Assembly (NCBI RefSeq): GCF_009914755.1
Contig: NC_060941.1
Direction: 5' to 3' (one strand)
DNA: 64,000 nt
DNA from: the human T2T-CHM13v2.0 reference genome, Homo sapiens
Below are positions 1 through 24,670 of the stretch, one piece after another. How positions within the stretch are numbered: the first letter of the stretch is position 1; each line of letters opens with the position of its first letter. The notes below the pieces were generated by a model. It saw nothing but the letters and a program-made list of their open reading frames with translations, was not told the origin of the DNA and searched no databases. Made by a program: the position numbers and the translations under genes.

Positions 1-239
1 CTCGGCTCACTGCAACCTCCGCCCCCGACTGGTTCAAGTGATTCTCCTGCCTCAGCCTCCCAAGTTGCCGGGATTACAGGTGACCACCACCACCATGCCC
101 AGCTAGTTTTTTTATTTTTAGTAGAGACAGGGTTTCACCATGTTGGTCAGGCTGGTCTTGAACTCCTGACCTCAGGTGATCCACCCACCTCAGCCTCCCA
201 AAGTTCTGGGATTACAGGCGTGAGCCACTGTGTCCAGCC
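1..239 (-). mobile_element. Alu (partial at window edge)
   Basis: Alu consensus sequence. Confidence 0.9.
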
Positions 240-783
240 TGAAAGGGATTTTGAAGAGCACTAATCCCCTCATTTTACAATTGTGAAAATGGAGAACGTA
301 TGAGACATTCAAGAAGACAAAGAGCAGTATGATTGGTAGAGCCACTAGTGTTCTGGCTGTACCATCCATTTAACCATAAAAGCTATCCTTAGGTGACACC
401 TTTAAGATTAAGTATGATAACTGCTTAAGGTCTTTGAGTTACTAGTAACTGCCATAAAGTATAGGAAAGGGCCACAATCCAGTAACAAATGTCAGTATTG
501 TTCTACATGGCTAGTATCCAATTATAAAATAGCCTGTTTTTTAATCACTTTGGTATTCAATCTGCCAGTTGAATTATTTTTTCCCCTTCATACGCTCCTC
601 TGCATAAAAATTATCAGAACATAAGGGACAAAACTTAGCCAATCCACTAGTATGTACCCTGAATGCTACCTTCCACTAAACACTAGATTTTTTTTTTTTT
701 GCCTTACAGCAAACATAAATTTGACTTTTGCAAGTCACAGAGAACTGTTGTATTTAGGTTTTTAAATTTAAAAATGTAATTAC

Positions 784-885
784 CTGACAGATGAGAAGAA
801 TTGGCTTCTGAAATTCAGCTTGACATATTGAACAAATATCATCCACATCTGAACACTGTCTCTTGCTGGCAGCCACTCCATAACT
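784..885 (-). CDS. RNFT1: RNFT1 exon 8, first half of the C3HC4 RING finger (SYGVAASKRQCSDVDDICSICQAEFQKPILLICQ)
   Basis: catag/GTAAT flanks, 102 nt, CxxC motif; the rest of the RING lies left of the window. Confidence 0.95.
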
Positions 886-3226
886 CTATGAAGATAGTAA
901 GTTCTGTTCATCTACAAATTTCTTTCTTTCCTGTTCCTCAAATTACATAAGTAATGCTGTACTTCTCAAATCTCCCTGGAACCAGGCATTTGAAAAACTT
1001 CCCAAAGGATACAAACATCTCAAAGCTGAGCCATATACAGAACCACCTCTTGAGTGCACCAAAATGAAATCATTAAATAATACATAATAGGATTTTGAAA
1101 GATTGTTAGATCTACTAGCTTTACAAAGGATGATAGTGCTTCAAATTCAACATAACTGGCTTAAGAGACTAAGCAATCTGAAATGTAACTATTATAAAAT
1201 CTATAGCCATGTATTATTTGACCCAGGACTGCCAAATTGAGCTTATTACCTGCAGCAGTGGTTCATAAAGTCAATCCAGCCAGAGGTTGGCTGGTTGAAT
1301 GTAACTCATGTGGAAAGCTTGCTTTAAAAATAGATTTCTCTGTTCCACACAATATCAATTCACTAGGACCAGACATATTGGGATGTGACCCAGTAATCTA
1401 TTATTTGAAAGGTCTCCAAGTGAGTGCAATATGAAGAAGACTTAGGGACCACTGAAGAATTTTCTGCCACTAGGTCTAAAAATTATTCGAAATTATAAAA
1501 AGCATTTAGTGCTAAACATAAAAAAGTTTTACGGAGAAACTGCAACTGTAAATGTCGCTTTGGTAGAATAACTACTGTCAAAACTAACTGAACAAAAATG
1601 CAATTATTTGAATTTTCTTCTCTTCTAATGTCCTAATAACAAGTTACTCGTCTCTAAGATTTTAACCTCCTCACCAGATTCAGAACTTAGTCATTAACTA
1701 GATGTGATGTCAATAACCCTCAGTGAAATTTGGAGAAATCAAAATGTTACAAATGAAACCTGCTTTCTGTAGAAATGATGGGGAAGAGGTAACTAAAGAG
1801 ATGTAAGAACACCCAAGTCAGTCACGGTCATGAGGGTAAAGCATGACTTAACATAGCTGAAGTTATCTAAACTTCTTGTACTAAAACGTCTCAGGCTAAC
1901 AACATCAAAATCAAAGTAAAACTCAAAGGATAAAGATATTAAAAATTGAGGTTTTTTGAAACTGGTAATAAAGATTTCAGAAATAAGTCAGGATACTGTT
2001 AGATGATCTTGGTGTCAATTTCCCTTCAGTAAGGTGTCATTTAGCAAAGTACATTTGCAGATAATTATGCTGACAAGCTTTTAAGACGTTACTCATCTGG
2101 CATCTTGGAGACTCCCTCTCCAGATAGTAACTGCCATTTCCCTGGTAAAGGAGACTTGAACAAATCCAAGTATTGATGACTGATATCCTCTCTGTAGTTT
2201 GTCTCAGAGAAAGAATATCAGGGTATTTTCTTGAGAGTATTTTGGCACAAATCTTACAAGACCAATTATAGTAAAATGGTTGATGCTCACATAATCATCA
2301 GTTGAACTGACTTGGACAAAGCTGAACTCTCTGAATTTTATTATGTCTTGTCTAGAGAAACAAGCTTGCATAGGATGTAGCAAAGTTTGTTTCTACATTG
2401 CTAACTCTATCTTAGGGAAAAGGCCCTGGCCAGTTAGTCTCGTTTACTTTGTAGACATAATTCTTTTTTTATTTTTACGGTATATTATTCGGTTGGCATT
2501 CTTTTAAGTCAGTCTCCTTGGGCCCTGATGAAATGACTGCAAAATTGAGAATCAAACCCTGAAGTCTGCTGACCACACATAGGTACTAGGAACCTTTCAG
2601 GCTACTAAGTGGTAAATTAGGGTTCTCTATGACATCCTTTCACTGCAATTTGCAACATCAATAGAATCACACAATAATGTTATAAATGACACCAGAGACT
2701 CAATTAATTGTTAAATTTCATGCCATGAACGTATTTATGCACATATAATTGAGCAATGGGGAAATCTGCTCCAGTAAGAAAACTGCAAGAGACATGATTT
2801 TTGGCAGTGAGCTTTCTAAACAATAAATTACAATGGAAGGATTTTCACAGGTGAATAAGGAGTTAATAGGAACAAACAAAGCCCCCATTTGTGGATTAAA
2901 AAAGAGGAACACAATTTCATAAGATTGTTAAGGGTTTACAAGCCTTAAAAATGTCCAGTGGATTGAAGAGGCAAGAGACAAGTTCAAATATATAAGCACT
3001 GCAACAATTAGCAGGTGGTTGTCAATGTGTGATTCAAGAATCTGATCACAGAGATAAAACTCCTAAATTATTATAGCCCCAAGTGCCAAAGTACTAGAAA
3101 ATAATCAAAGTAAAAGAAAAGGATCATCTATTTATGAAATCCATTCTTGTAAAACTGCTGAACTAAAAAAATTTTTGCAGTGAAGAAAGGTGAAGGTGTT
3201 TTTCTTAACTGATAAAAAGTACTTAC

Positions 3227-3292
3227 TGGTTGTGTAAAAAATATTCGTAAAACCTGTCTGAAAGTTCTCAGATGCCCAAAAAATTCCAAAAG
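3227..3292 (-). CDS. RNFT1: RNFT1 exon 7 (LLEFFGHLRTFRQVLRIFFTQP)
   Basis: ttttcag/GTAAGT flanks, 66 nt. Confidence 0.95.
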
Positions 3293-3962
3293 CTGAAAAG
3301 AGAAATAAGAGATCATTTATTAATTCAAACAGTCCTATTTGCTAAACCCAAAAACCAAAGCTGAAATCCCATAACATCAAATCCTCATATTAACTTAATG
3401 TTCATTATATGTCACATCTAATCATTTTGTGCTGAGTATTTTATTCAATTTATAGATTTGAGCCATCTCAGCAAGCTGAAGTACATTTAAACACCTAGAG
3501 TAACAATTTGATCAAGACAAATACAACTATGTCAAAGTCAAAGCAATTTTATCTGATTCACCTGTTTTTAACATTTAGATTTTAAAGTTTCATAAAGTGA
3601 TTATTAGGTTGAGGGGCGCAGGCATGGAGAGAACAGGACAAGATACTCTACTAGTTTAAGAATTATGTGTATGACAATGTTACTGTTGAGGATGGGTATG
3701 TTCTATTCCACTTGTTTTCCCTACTTAGATAATCCACGCTATGTGAAGGTCGACTCCCCTTCCCTCCAGTGAAACCTGAGGACCGCTGGATTAAGATAGT
3801 CTATTTCCGTTTCTCCATTTCTAAACAAATATAGAACCTGCTATTACTTCAAACTAGTGATATGAAGATAAACTATAAAACTGTTAAAAGAGGAAAACAG
3901 TAGTATGTATCAGTAATCATTAATGTGAATCATGCAGTGACAAGATTTGTAATGTTACCTAC

Positions 3963-4121
3963 TTTTAATATGAGGTAGAGTAAAGCCAGCAGTATCCCAA
4001 GACTCCATCTAGTTACGTTACCAAACTCCCCATAGCTTATAAGGTAGCGAAACCAAACTGGTATGGGAACAAAAGTTCGGTAGTATTGACACAATTCTTC
4101 TAAAAGCATATACCAGTAACC
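3963..4121 (-). CDS. RNFT1: RNFT1 exon 6 (GYWYMLLEELCQYY...LLYLILK)
   Basis: ttttttag/GTAGG flanks, 159 nt, phase 0-0. Confidence 0.95.
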
Positions 4122-4322
4122 CTAAAAAATAAGAAGAAAACAAATAGAGCTACCCAAACTACTTAACTACATAGCACAAACAATATTAGACTGAGAACAC
4201 TGAGTATATTATACAATAATATAAATAACTATAAAATTAATCTTCATAATGATTATGACTGAACCTCAAGCTGGTTCTCACATATTACAGTCACTGAGTG
4301 GCCTGCTTTGAAAGAATTTCTA

Positions 4323-4625
<303 letters not shown>

Positions 4626-5029
4626 TTATGTATACTGCAAGTAAAACCTATGTGAGTATGTTTTTGCTGATTATAAGAATTTAAAAGTTTTTAGTGCATA
4701 TGGGAAACCACTGAATAATTGTACATAGTCAACTGTCAATTGATAATGCCCTGGAGAACAGAAGTACACATCTAAATAGTTTCCCACATATGATGTGGGG
4801 ACTGATTTTAAAATTATTCTGAAGCAAATATAATTCTGATTTTATCCAAATAGGTTAATAATCAGGTTCAAGTGCCTGAACAAATGGTTGCTAAGCTGAA
4901 ATAATACAGATAATTAAGCTAGTTAGCAAACTGAAAAACTGCAAAAGGAGGATTCATTTAAACAAAGACTAAATAGCATTAATGTGATTCGATAACATCA
5001 CTCCAATAAAGCATAAGTGAGTTTCTTAC

Positions 5030-5183
5030 CTTAGATTTAAAAGGCATGATGAAAGAAGGCACCAATAAAATAAGGCATTTTAAGCCCATGAAAAAGAATT
5101 TCAGAATGAAGTCTGTAATTCCAACAATCCAAAATACTTCCCAGAAGCTCAAATGGTCCAAAGTAGGATTTAAAAAAATTAAG
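5030..5183 (-). CDS. RNFT1: RNFT1 exon 5 (SLIFLNPTLDHLSFWEVFWIVG...MPFKSK)
   Basis: AG/GTAAGA flanks, 154 nt; overlaps ORF-track 4979..5161. Confidence 0.95.
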
Positions 5184-5479
5184 CTACCAAAAGAAAAACA
5201 TCAAAATTTATCAGAGCAACATACAAAGATAAAGTATTAATAAAGGGTTTTAATTTGCTACAAATATTTTATTTTGATATGTAAAAAATATGAGTTTGGC
5301 AGGATGTCAGAGTTCACAATAATGGAATGGAGGATCATTTTGCTTAAAGAGACTTTTTAAACCTGTTTGGATTTTAGATCTTCCCTTCATAGAATAAGGA
5401 AAAAGTCTTCACGGTTTGTCATAGTTGACACCTTTCTAGCCTGTAAATGAAAAAAACTCATCAATACCAGACATCTGCT

Positions 5480-6110
5480 GTGTTTTTCTTAACCAATTCC
5501 AATCAGGATTCCATCTCTTCCTTTCAATGAATTGCTTGTCAAGATCATCAACTCCCTCTGTATGGCTAAATTTCAAGGTCACTCTCTTTTTCCATCTTCC
5601 CTCCCTGAATAATTTTCTTTCTAGACTTTTAACACAACACTTTTCTATTTCTCATATTTCACTGCTGGTTTCTTCTTAGTCTCCTTTGCTGTTTCTCTTC
5701 TAATTGTGGTCATGTCCAGTACTGGGCTCTCTATCTACACTCTCTTTCCTGGGTTAGTTTTGTCCAGTCCTGTGGTTTTTAAATATCAACCATATGCTCC
5801 TGATACCAAAATTTATTGCCTTAACCTCTACCCTGAGTTCATGACATATATTTGGAACCACTTTCTTATCAATTCTACTTAGCCTCTCAAACTTAACATG
5901 TTCAAAACAAAATTATTGATTTTTCTCCTCAAAATCAGTTCCTTCCTCAACCCAATGAAATGACACCACCATCCAGCCAGCTGCTTAGACTAAAAACCCA
6001 GAGGTCATTCTTGCTTCTCTCCACCCACCTATCCAATCCAGTCCATCTGAGGGATACTGGCTCCACCTCCAAACTATATCCCAGATTTGCCCATCTCTCC
6101 AACTCCAGTG
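5480..6110 (+). mobile_element. L2 fragment
   Basis: CTCAAACTTAACATGTTCAAAAC...ATGACACCACCATCCAGCCAG is L2-like. Confidence 0.55.
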
Positions 6111-6377
6111 AAACTAGGTCTTCTAATATTCTAATAAAAGCTGAAAATTCAGAATACTCCCATTTGACATGGAGACTTATCAGCTACTGTCATTTAGTAA
6201 GTGTTCTTACTTTCAGAAACAAAGACCAATAATAACAACCTAATGGTACTTTAAAAATACGAAATATGTAAACAAAAACTCAGGTATCAAAAAATTAAAT
6301 ATTTATTGAGCATCTGTTATGTGCCAAGGCACTGGGGATACAAAATCTGAGTAAGTCACTTAAAGCTCTCACTTATG

Positions 6378-6693
<316 letters not shown>

Positions 6694-6806
6694 TTAAAAA
6701 CTGAACTGAACTGAATACAATAAGTACTATGTGAAGTAAGATACAAAGTGCCATGAAATATATGATTACATTAAAAATGTAATTGTGTATTTGGACCTCT
6801 AATTAC

Positions 6807-6907
6807 CTGTAATAAAGTGACTGAGAATGAAAGGTGTAATATAAAAGAACAGAAGATCCTGCTAAGAATACCAGTAACCAAGCACACTGAATCTTTGAGG
6901 ACCTTTC
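6807..6907 (-). CDS. RNFT1: RNFT1 exon 4 (ERSSKIQCAWLLVFLAGSSVLLYYTFHSQSLYY)
   Basis: tttcag/GTAATT flanks, 101 nt, transmembrane-like segment. Confidence 0.95.
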
Positions 6908-7243
6908 CTGAAAGATAAACAATTTTATAATGTTACTTTGATTTTGCCAGAATTTTAAATATCATTAAACTGTTTTACTTTAATGACTATTAACTTAGAA
7001 TATTTTTCTAAATCTTAATATAGAATATGTTAAACTGTACATAATCATCACAGTTACTGTTTTATACAACTTTAGTGACCAAACAGAACTCTTATATTAA
7101 ACAAATGTTTAAAATACAAGTTTCTTCACTGTATGAAAAACATTACCTATGTTTCAAAGAAGCCAAGTCTTCTCTCAAAAAAAAAAAAAAAAAAAAGAAA
7201 ATTAAATTAAATTAAAAAAAAAAAAAAGAAGCCAGGTCTTCTA

Positions 7244-8920
<1,677 letters not shown>

Positions 8921-9275
8921 ACTAAAAGTTTTTCATGATGATGGTCTTACTTACTATGGTCAAAGTAACTGATACAACATGAAGGGACTTGCCAAATCAG
9001 ATCAGATACCGTGTTCTAACTCTTTTAATCCTTTTTACTACTTTAACAGTAACCAATTTTTTTTTCTTACAAAGAAGGTAAGGTGAAGGAATTCAGCATT
9101 AGGAGAGATAATTTATTCCAGGATTTAGATAACAAATTTAACATAACGTGGATGTTACAATATATCCTATTACTTCCTATTTCTTTCAAGTTATTTCCTA
9201 TTTCTCTCAAAATTATTTCTCTAAAATCTATGGAGAGAAACAGTTAATAATTTTTTAGTTGCTTGTTATACTTAC

Positions 9276-9352
9276 TCTTAGAAAAACCTGATTTACAATG
9301 CTTTTGTTTGCATACATAAAAGTTGTTAGCAGCCCAATTCCAAGAGAAATTC
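9276..9352 (-). CDS. RNFT1: RNFT1 exon 3 (GISLGIGLLTTFMYANKSIVNQVFLR)
   Basis: AG/GTAAG flanks, 77 nt, frame continuous, hydrophobic segment. Confidence 0.95.
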
Positions 9353-9562
9353 CTGTTAGAAAATAAGTTCCAGTTAATTGAAAGAAAAAAAAATCAAAGA
9401 GGATTATATAAGCTAACAATGACACAAATTAAAAATAAACATATACAATAATAAAAGCTCACAGAAAATAAGTAACTGGATGCATTAAGTAGATTACCAA
9501 TAATGAAAGAAAATTAACTGAATTTAGGAATGAAAACAAGTCAATGTTTTATTATGTCCTAC

Positions 9563-10020
9563 CTGTTATATGCTGCATAACAAGTTTGACGCTCAGAATC
9601 AAAATATATGGAAGACTTTTTTGCAGCCACTTGAAGAGATAGCGGAATTCTGAGAAGGAGCTACTACCATGATCTCCAGATTCTGCGGCAGTATCATCAG
9701 TCAGCCTTGCTTCACTGTGGGAGTGACCCCGTAAGCGACTGTGTACACATCCATGGGCACAGCTATGGACACCTGACCTTATATTTCTGGAGCTTGCATT
9801 TTCTGCACATTCTTTAGGTATGGAGTTTATCTGGATATGAACATCTCCAGAATGAGGGCAAGAACCCTCTCCTGTCAATCTTGTGTGGACACACTGAGGG
9901 GTTGAGGCATCCTCACTGCTTCCAGTTCCTGGAGGACTGTGCAGTTGGCTACGATTGGCTTGCATGGCCCTTAAATACTTTTTCTCTGACCCAGATGTCT
10001 TTGCTTCAGGCCTCTGTCTC
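9563..10020 (-). CDS. RNFT1: RNFT1 exon 2 (RRQRPEAK...MQANRSQLH...KLVMQHIT)
   Basis: ttttttag acceptor and GTAGG donor; 458 nt; contains ORF-track 9552..9965. Confidence 0.95.
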
Positions 10021-11229
10021 CTAAAAAATCAAATAAAAGATATTCTAAGTAAACAGGCAGTTAAATACCAGCAGTATATTCCTCACTGGGTATCCTTTAT
10101 TCACTAAAGGAGTAGCAAATAATCACAACAGATGAATTTTCAGGTTATTTATCACTGGACTCCTCCCTTCTCCCTTAATGCCAAGGCTCTGCTGCCCTAC
10201 ACAAATGATCTTTTAGGGAACATTTGCACCAAAAAAAAAAAAGTTGAGCTGCAAATGCTTCCAGTTCTCTAATGGCAGAAGGCATCCGCAAAACAGTCAT
10301 GAAGTATGGGTACCCAGCAGATGTTAATGAGCACCAGTCCTCACTGGGTACTCTGGTACATTTACTTTTCCCAAATGGTGCAGTTTCATCTCTGATGTAG
10401 ATTCTACATCAAAGAAGTTTCATAAGGAAGAGTGAGCCAGTATTTTTTAATGGTTGGAAATGTTAGGAAAAAAAACAACATTAAATCTTAATGCCTTATT
10501 ATCATCATAGGTAACTAATAATAAACACTGCACTTAGGTGACCTACAAATTAGATTTTCTGCTCAAGCAGCTTTCCCAAAGCTCATAAAGTTTCCAATAA
10601 TTAATGGTGCCACCAAGAATATTACCTCCCCGCGCAAAAGAATGTTACCTAAATACATTTAAAGCATAGATACTTTGGAGAGTCACCACGTAATTGCTAG
10701 GTAACTCTTTAGTCTGAATAAGCAGTTACACAGTCCGCCCAATAAAATGCCACCGTCGGTGGTGTGTGTATTACGGAGGGAGGGGTGTGAGGAAAGAGGA
10801 CTCTAGCAGAGAAAGATCTCTCTAATAAATGATCCAGTGTGGACCTCCTAGAAACAGAAGAACAGAGTCGGAATCCCAGCTGACAAAACGCAGAGGCTAT
10901 CCCACACTGCCGTGCTTTTCCCGTTTGTCTAGGAGGAGGCTAGAGTTAACGTCAGGGAATGTTCTGTGTCATTCTATTTCACTCCCAGGACTGAACAGTG
11001 GTGCAGTCACCGTGTCTGGCGGTTTGGGTTTCAGTGCTTTTCACTAAAGGCTTTCACCGAGGCCCCGACGCCACGGGTGTTATTTCGTCAAAACTGAAGA
11101 GCGACGTTGGACAGCAGGCTTTCAGTGTCTTTTCTATAAATAACATAGAACCCTCCCACTTTCCTTCATGCACAGACAAGAAAGAGGAGAAAAAAGGGAA
11201 GAAAATTCAACACAACTCTTCCGGAATCT

Positions 11230-11960
11230 CCGAGGGCAGAGTTCTCCACCCACGTCCGAGCCTCGAGTGCCTATTCTCCCCAGAGCCCCCTGCGCCGCGG
11301 CCCCTCGCCGCCTCCTCCTCTGCCCGCTTCCCCCAGGCCTAACCTCTCATGACCAGAAGCGGACGGAGGTGTCGGGAGCGACAGCAAGAACAGCGGCATA
11401 CACCGCCTCCAGCCCTTCAGTCGGGGCCATCAACCGCAAACCCCGCAAGCTCTTCTCTCAGCCCGGCGGCAACGGCGGCGGCGCGCGCGCTCCCCGGACG
11501 CTCTCACGCGCGCGCGCGCGCCCTGCCCCGGCTCCACCTCCTAGCCCCGCCCCCGCACCGCGCCGAGTGGAGAGCTCACGGCTGCCGGGGTGTTTTGGCA
11601 GCGAGAACAAGCGAGCTGCGCCTGAGAACGGCCTTCAGGCCTGGCGCTAAATAATAAGTCGTTGTTATGTGTTATGTATTTATGTGGCATCCACCACACG
11701 CCTCCGAGATCCTGGGCGTTTTGAGGTTAAAAATGTTCAGGCTTGGAGAACCTACCCCTGGAGGAGTGTTAGGGTTTCCGGGCTCGGATGTCCGCGAGCT
11801 TGACGCCTGACCTAGTTGTGTCTGTCTGGGCGGTGACGTTTGGTCTGAGCTGACCTTTCCTCACAATCGTGAATTTGGGCTGTGAGGATCAGGCCTTGTC
11901 AGAACCCGAGATGAGAGGAGAGAGGTGCGGAGAGTCTGCGTGGGGTGGAAGTAGAAGTTA
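11230..11960. promoter_or_regulatory. CpG-island promoter of RNFT1, probably bidirectional
   Basis: Very high GC and CpG density around exon 1; GC box CCCCGCCCC at about 11545; (CG)n runs at 11481-11490 and 11505-11521. Confidence 0.85.
11344..11399 (-). CDS. RNFT1: RNFT1 coding exon 1 (MPLFLLSLPTPPSASGHE+AG)
   Basis: ATG at 11399-11397 inside the CpG island; 56 nt, then a GT donor at 11343-11342; matches the remembered N-terminus of human RNFT1; phase 2 fits exon 2. Confidence 0.9.
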
Positions 11961-12072
11961 GAGTTGAAAAACCTGTCTTGCGTGGGGTATAGAGGACCCT
12001 ACTGCCCTCAAAATAATTATGTTAATCTAAAACTGTTCTAAAATTAAAAGGTTATTAAGAAAACGAAGTTTA

Positions 12073-14460
<2,388 letters not shown>

Positions 14461-14625
14461 TTGCCATCTCATGGTGATGGAAATGTTTAGACCTGCAAAC
14501 AAATAATTACAGTATTTTGGAGAAAACACTATAATTGAAGGTTCTGTGAGATGCAATGGAAGCAAAAGGTAGAAGCATTTAACTTTGTCAGGGAAGAAAT
14601 CTTTTATTAAATTTGTGATATTTAA

Positions 14626-14763
<138 letters not shown>

Positions 14764-15569
14764 TGAAATCTTAAGAATAAGTTGATATTTACCAGGACAG
14801 AAGCAGTAACAGGGCAATGCAGATAGAAACATTATATGGAAAATGGTGGTATTGAAATACCATGGTCTTTTAAAGAGTGTTTTTCGTATTTGGAAGAGTA
14901 GAGTGGATAGAGTAGTAAGAGATAAGTCAGGTAAGTATGAGCTAGAAAATGAGTTTGTGGGCCTCACTTAGTTTATTCTAATGGCCAAAAGGAAGCTATT
15001 GAGTTTTAAGCAACAGAATTGTGTGACTGGATTTGTGTTTTTCAGAAAATTCATATGCTGATAGTAGCAGTGCAAGCTCCATTAGGAGACTATTATAAGT
15101 AGTTCAGGAACAAGATGAGGTCTTGAACTTGTCAGTGAAGTGGGATTCAAGAAGAAGAATGAGATTGGAGAGGTTATGAAATAGAATCAGTAGGGTTAAG
15201 TGTCCTAGATTGTTGCAGTTAAGCTCGTCACCCCCTCTACTACCCACACAAATTTTTCACACCTACCAATGTCCATATGCTTGGGTAGTCTCCTCGCAGA
15301 CTGATTTAAGTGATTTGCTTTGATCCTTGGGACAATAGCAATTGTAATGTTAATAGAGACTTGAAAAATTCTTCTCCATTGGGATTCACACTCTTACTGT
15401 TGGCAACCCTTTGCCACAATTTGATTAAATTAAGGCTGGCCTCCTAGAAGATGAGACCACTTTGAGAGTGTCCCTAGCTCTACCAGCCTTCCCAGTTGTC
15501 TCAGCATTCTCTGTTGAAGCCCCAAACATATGTGTGAAGCCATCCTAGAGTGAGCCAGTCTACACATAG

Positions 15570-15824
<255 letters not shown>

Positions 15825-16259
15825 TGATCTGCCCGCCTTGGCCTCCCAAAGTGCTGGGATTACAGGCATGAGCCAGCGCACCCGGCCTATAGATTATTTT
15901 CTTTTAAGCCTCTAGGTGTGGGGCAGTTGGTTTCATAACAAGATTAACTGATAGCCTAACTGACCAAGCATATGGGGCAGATAAGAGAAATAGTCTAGGA
16001 CAAATCTTCATTTTTTAGCATGGATGGATGGATAAATCAATATTAGGAAGCTATGTTAGAATAAGTAAACTGGTGGCATTACCAGATGAATAGGGAATTT
16101 TTTTGAAAGACCAAGTTTGGAGAGATATCAATAAATTTGGCTTGGAAACACTGAGTCTTAGGAGTTCCTGGGAAACACACAGGTGAAGATATCCAGTTGG
16201 CGATTTGATATAAGGATCTGGAGACAGAAAATTTGAAGTAAAAGCTGTGGCTTTGAATA

Positions 16260-20010
<3,751 letters not shown>

Positions 20011-20035
20011 CTTTTTTGTTTGTTTGTTTTTTTGA

Positions 20036-20140
<105 letters not shown>

Positions 20141-20213
20141 TGAGTAGCTGGTATTACAGGCACCCACCACCATGCCCAGCTAATTTTTGTATTTTTAGTA
20201 GAGACAGGGTTTC

Positions 20214-20713
<500 letters not shown>

Positions 20714-21164
20714 TAATGTCAGGTGTTCTGCCCGACTCTGTCTCCCAAAGTGCTAGGATTACAGGCATGAGCCACTGCACCCGGCCTGGCTTTGTTTATT
20801 ACTGTATCTAATGCCTAATATAGTTCTTGGCATATACTAAGTGGCCAATAAATATTTATGGAATAAACGAATGAATGGACACTTTTCAAACCTCATCCTG
20901 CTTGACATTTTTGCAGCATTCTACGCTATAGGTTGTTCCCACCTCCTGGAATCTTTCTTCCCTAAACTTTCATATTCTACTGATTTCCCCACTTCTGTAG
21001 GCTTTCTTTACAGGCAAGCTGCTACTTCTTTATGAATCTTACAGCTTCAGATATTGCTGTGAAAATGGGGACACCTATATAGTCACCCACATACGCACAA
21101 GTACAAACTTAAGAGAATAATAAATGCTCAGTCACCATTTCCTCATCCGAGAAGGGAGTGGATA

Positions 21165-21810
<646 letters not shown>

Positions 21811-21812
21811 TG

Positions 21813-22485
<673 letters not shown>

Positions 22486-24072
22486 TCAAAACTCATCAAA
22501 GTGTATACATTAAATATGTGTAGGTTATCACACGTCAATTATATATCAGGAAAGCAATTTTTAAATATCTTCATTTCTGTGAAGACAATTCTTTTATCAC
22601 TACTAGGAATGTTTCATGGGGTCAAGGAGGTCATAGAAACAAATAGAATGGAAGGGTGGTAGAATAGAAAGGGTGCTAATGTACATCAATGAAACTTCAA
22701 TATGAAATATATAGGTCCAAAATGCTACTCAAGAAAAAAAACATTATGGCAATCACCTGTTTAAGCTTCCTGATTAGTTCTCGAAGTTGAGCTTCCACAC
22801 GAAATGCAGAAAATAAGCACCTCCAATGAATCCAGTGTTTTTGGCACCATGAAGCTGGAGCTCCACTGCAAAACAAAAAACTGGTATCTTTAAAATATCT
22901 TCTCTAAGTAAAAGACAATCTAAAATTCTCATTTCTATTACAAAAGTGGAAACCCATAAACAACTGTCAGTTCCTTCAGGAGACCTGTCCAAGTACTAAA
23001 AAAGAATTTTAGGAAACTTGAAAAAAACATTTAAATTAATGAATGTGCCCCTGACTAAATTAAAAAATAATTTGTAAATGGATTTCTTTACTTATATATG
23101 CAATAACAAATATCCAATCATTTTTTAATCTAGGCTACCTATATAGAAGCAAAATTCTACAAGGTCATTTTCAGTAAAGGTTTGAGGAGGAAACAAGAGA
23201 ATCAATGTTATATAATAAATGCCTACTAAGCAATAGTCATCTGACATAGATAATTTCACTGAAATTCAAAATACCTTGAAGTCAATATCATCTTCACTGA
23301 ACGTTAGTGTCACAAGCCACATCATAAGTACGTATTGGAACTACACATCAAATTGACATTTTTCAGGACAAAGGACTACCTTACATACCTTGATTTGCAT
23401 TGTTCAAAGATGACAGCTAAAGTTGCAAAGTCATTAAATCCTCCAGCTTTAGCTGCCAATTCTCGATGTCTCTGTTCTGCTTCCTTCTGGTACTCTGGAT
23501 CAACTAAAAGAATTGGAGAGGCAATTCAGTTATACTTTGCATTAAGTGCCTACAATCACTTTGCTTTCAGAAACTCATTAAAATCTGCCTCATCCTCTGG
23601 GGTGAAGTAAGGTAGAACTATATTAACTCTTCTTAACTTCTCTTAGGAAGCTCTATTTCTCCCACAATTCCTTTTTTTCTTTTCATATCACTTTGGAGAT
23701 TTTACCTGAATAGCAACATCACTTCTCCCAATCTATTTGCCTTTTAAAAATAGTATTTGTAATTTACTTTTTAAATTAGTTTTGTTATAAGAGTAATCCA
23801 TGCTTACAGAAAAAAAAATGTAATGGTATAAAAGAATATCATGTAAAAGTTCAATGTTCCCCAGTCACACTACCCATAAACCAATCCTCAAGGCAAAGTA
23901 CAGTTCATTATTTAGTGTGTGTCCTTCCAGGTAATTTCTATGTATATATAAGCATATGTACATAATGTTTCATTTTTCTATAAATGGAACATATAATCTG
24001 AAAATTTGTTTATTTAATAACAACTCCATATCAGTACACATAAAATTATTCTCTCTCAAAAACAGCAATATA

Positions 24073-24670
<598 letters not shown>

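Noticed and set aside
11168-11654. 160-aa and 101-aa plus-strand ORFs over the RNFT1 promoter
   Set aside because: Low-complexity Ala/Arg/Pro products expected in a CpG island; no recognisable domain
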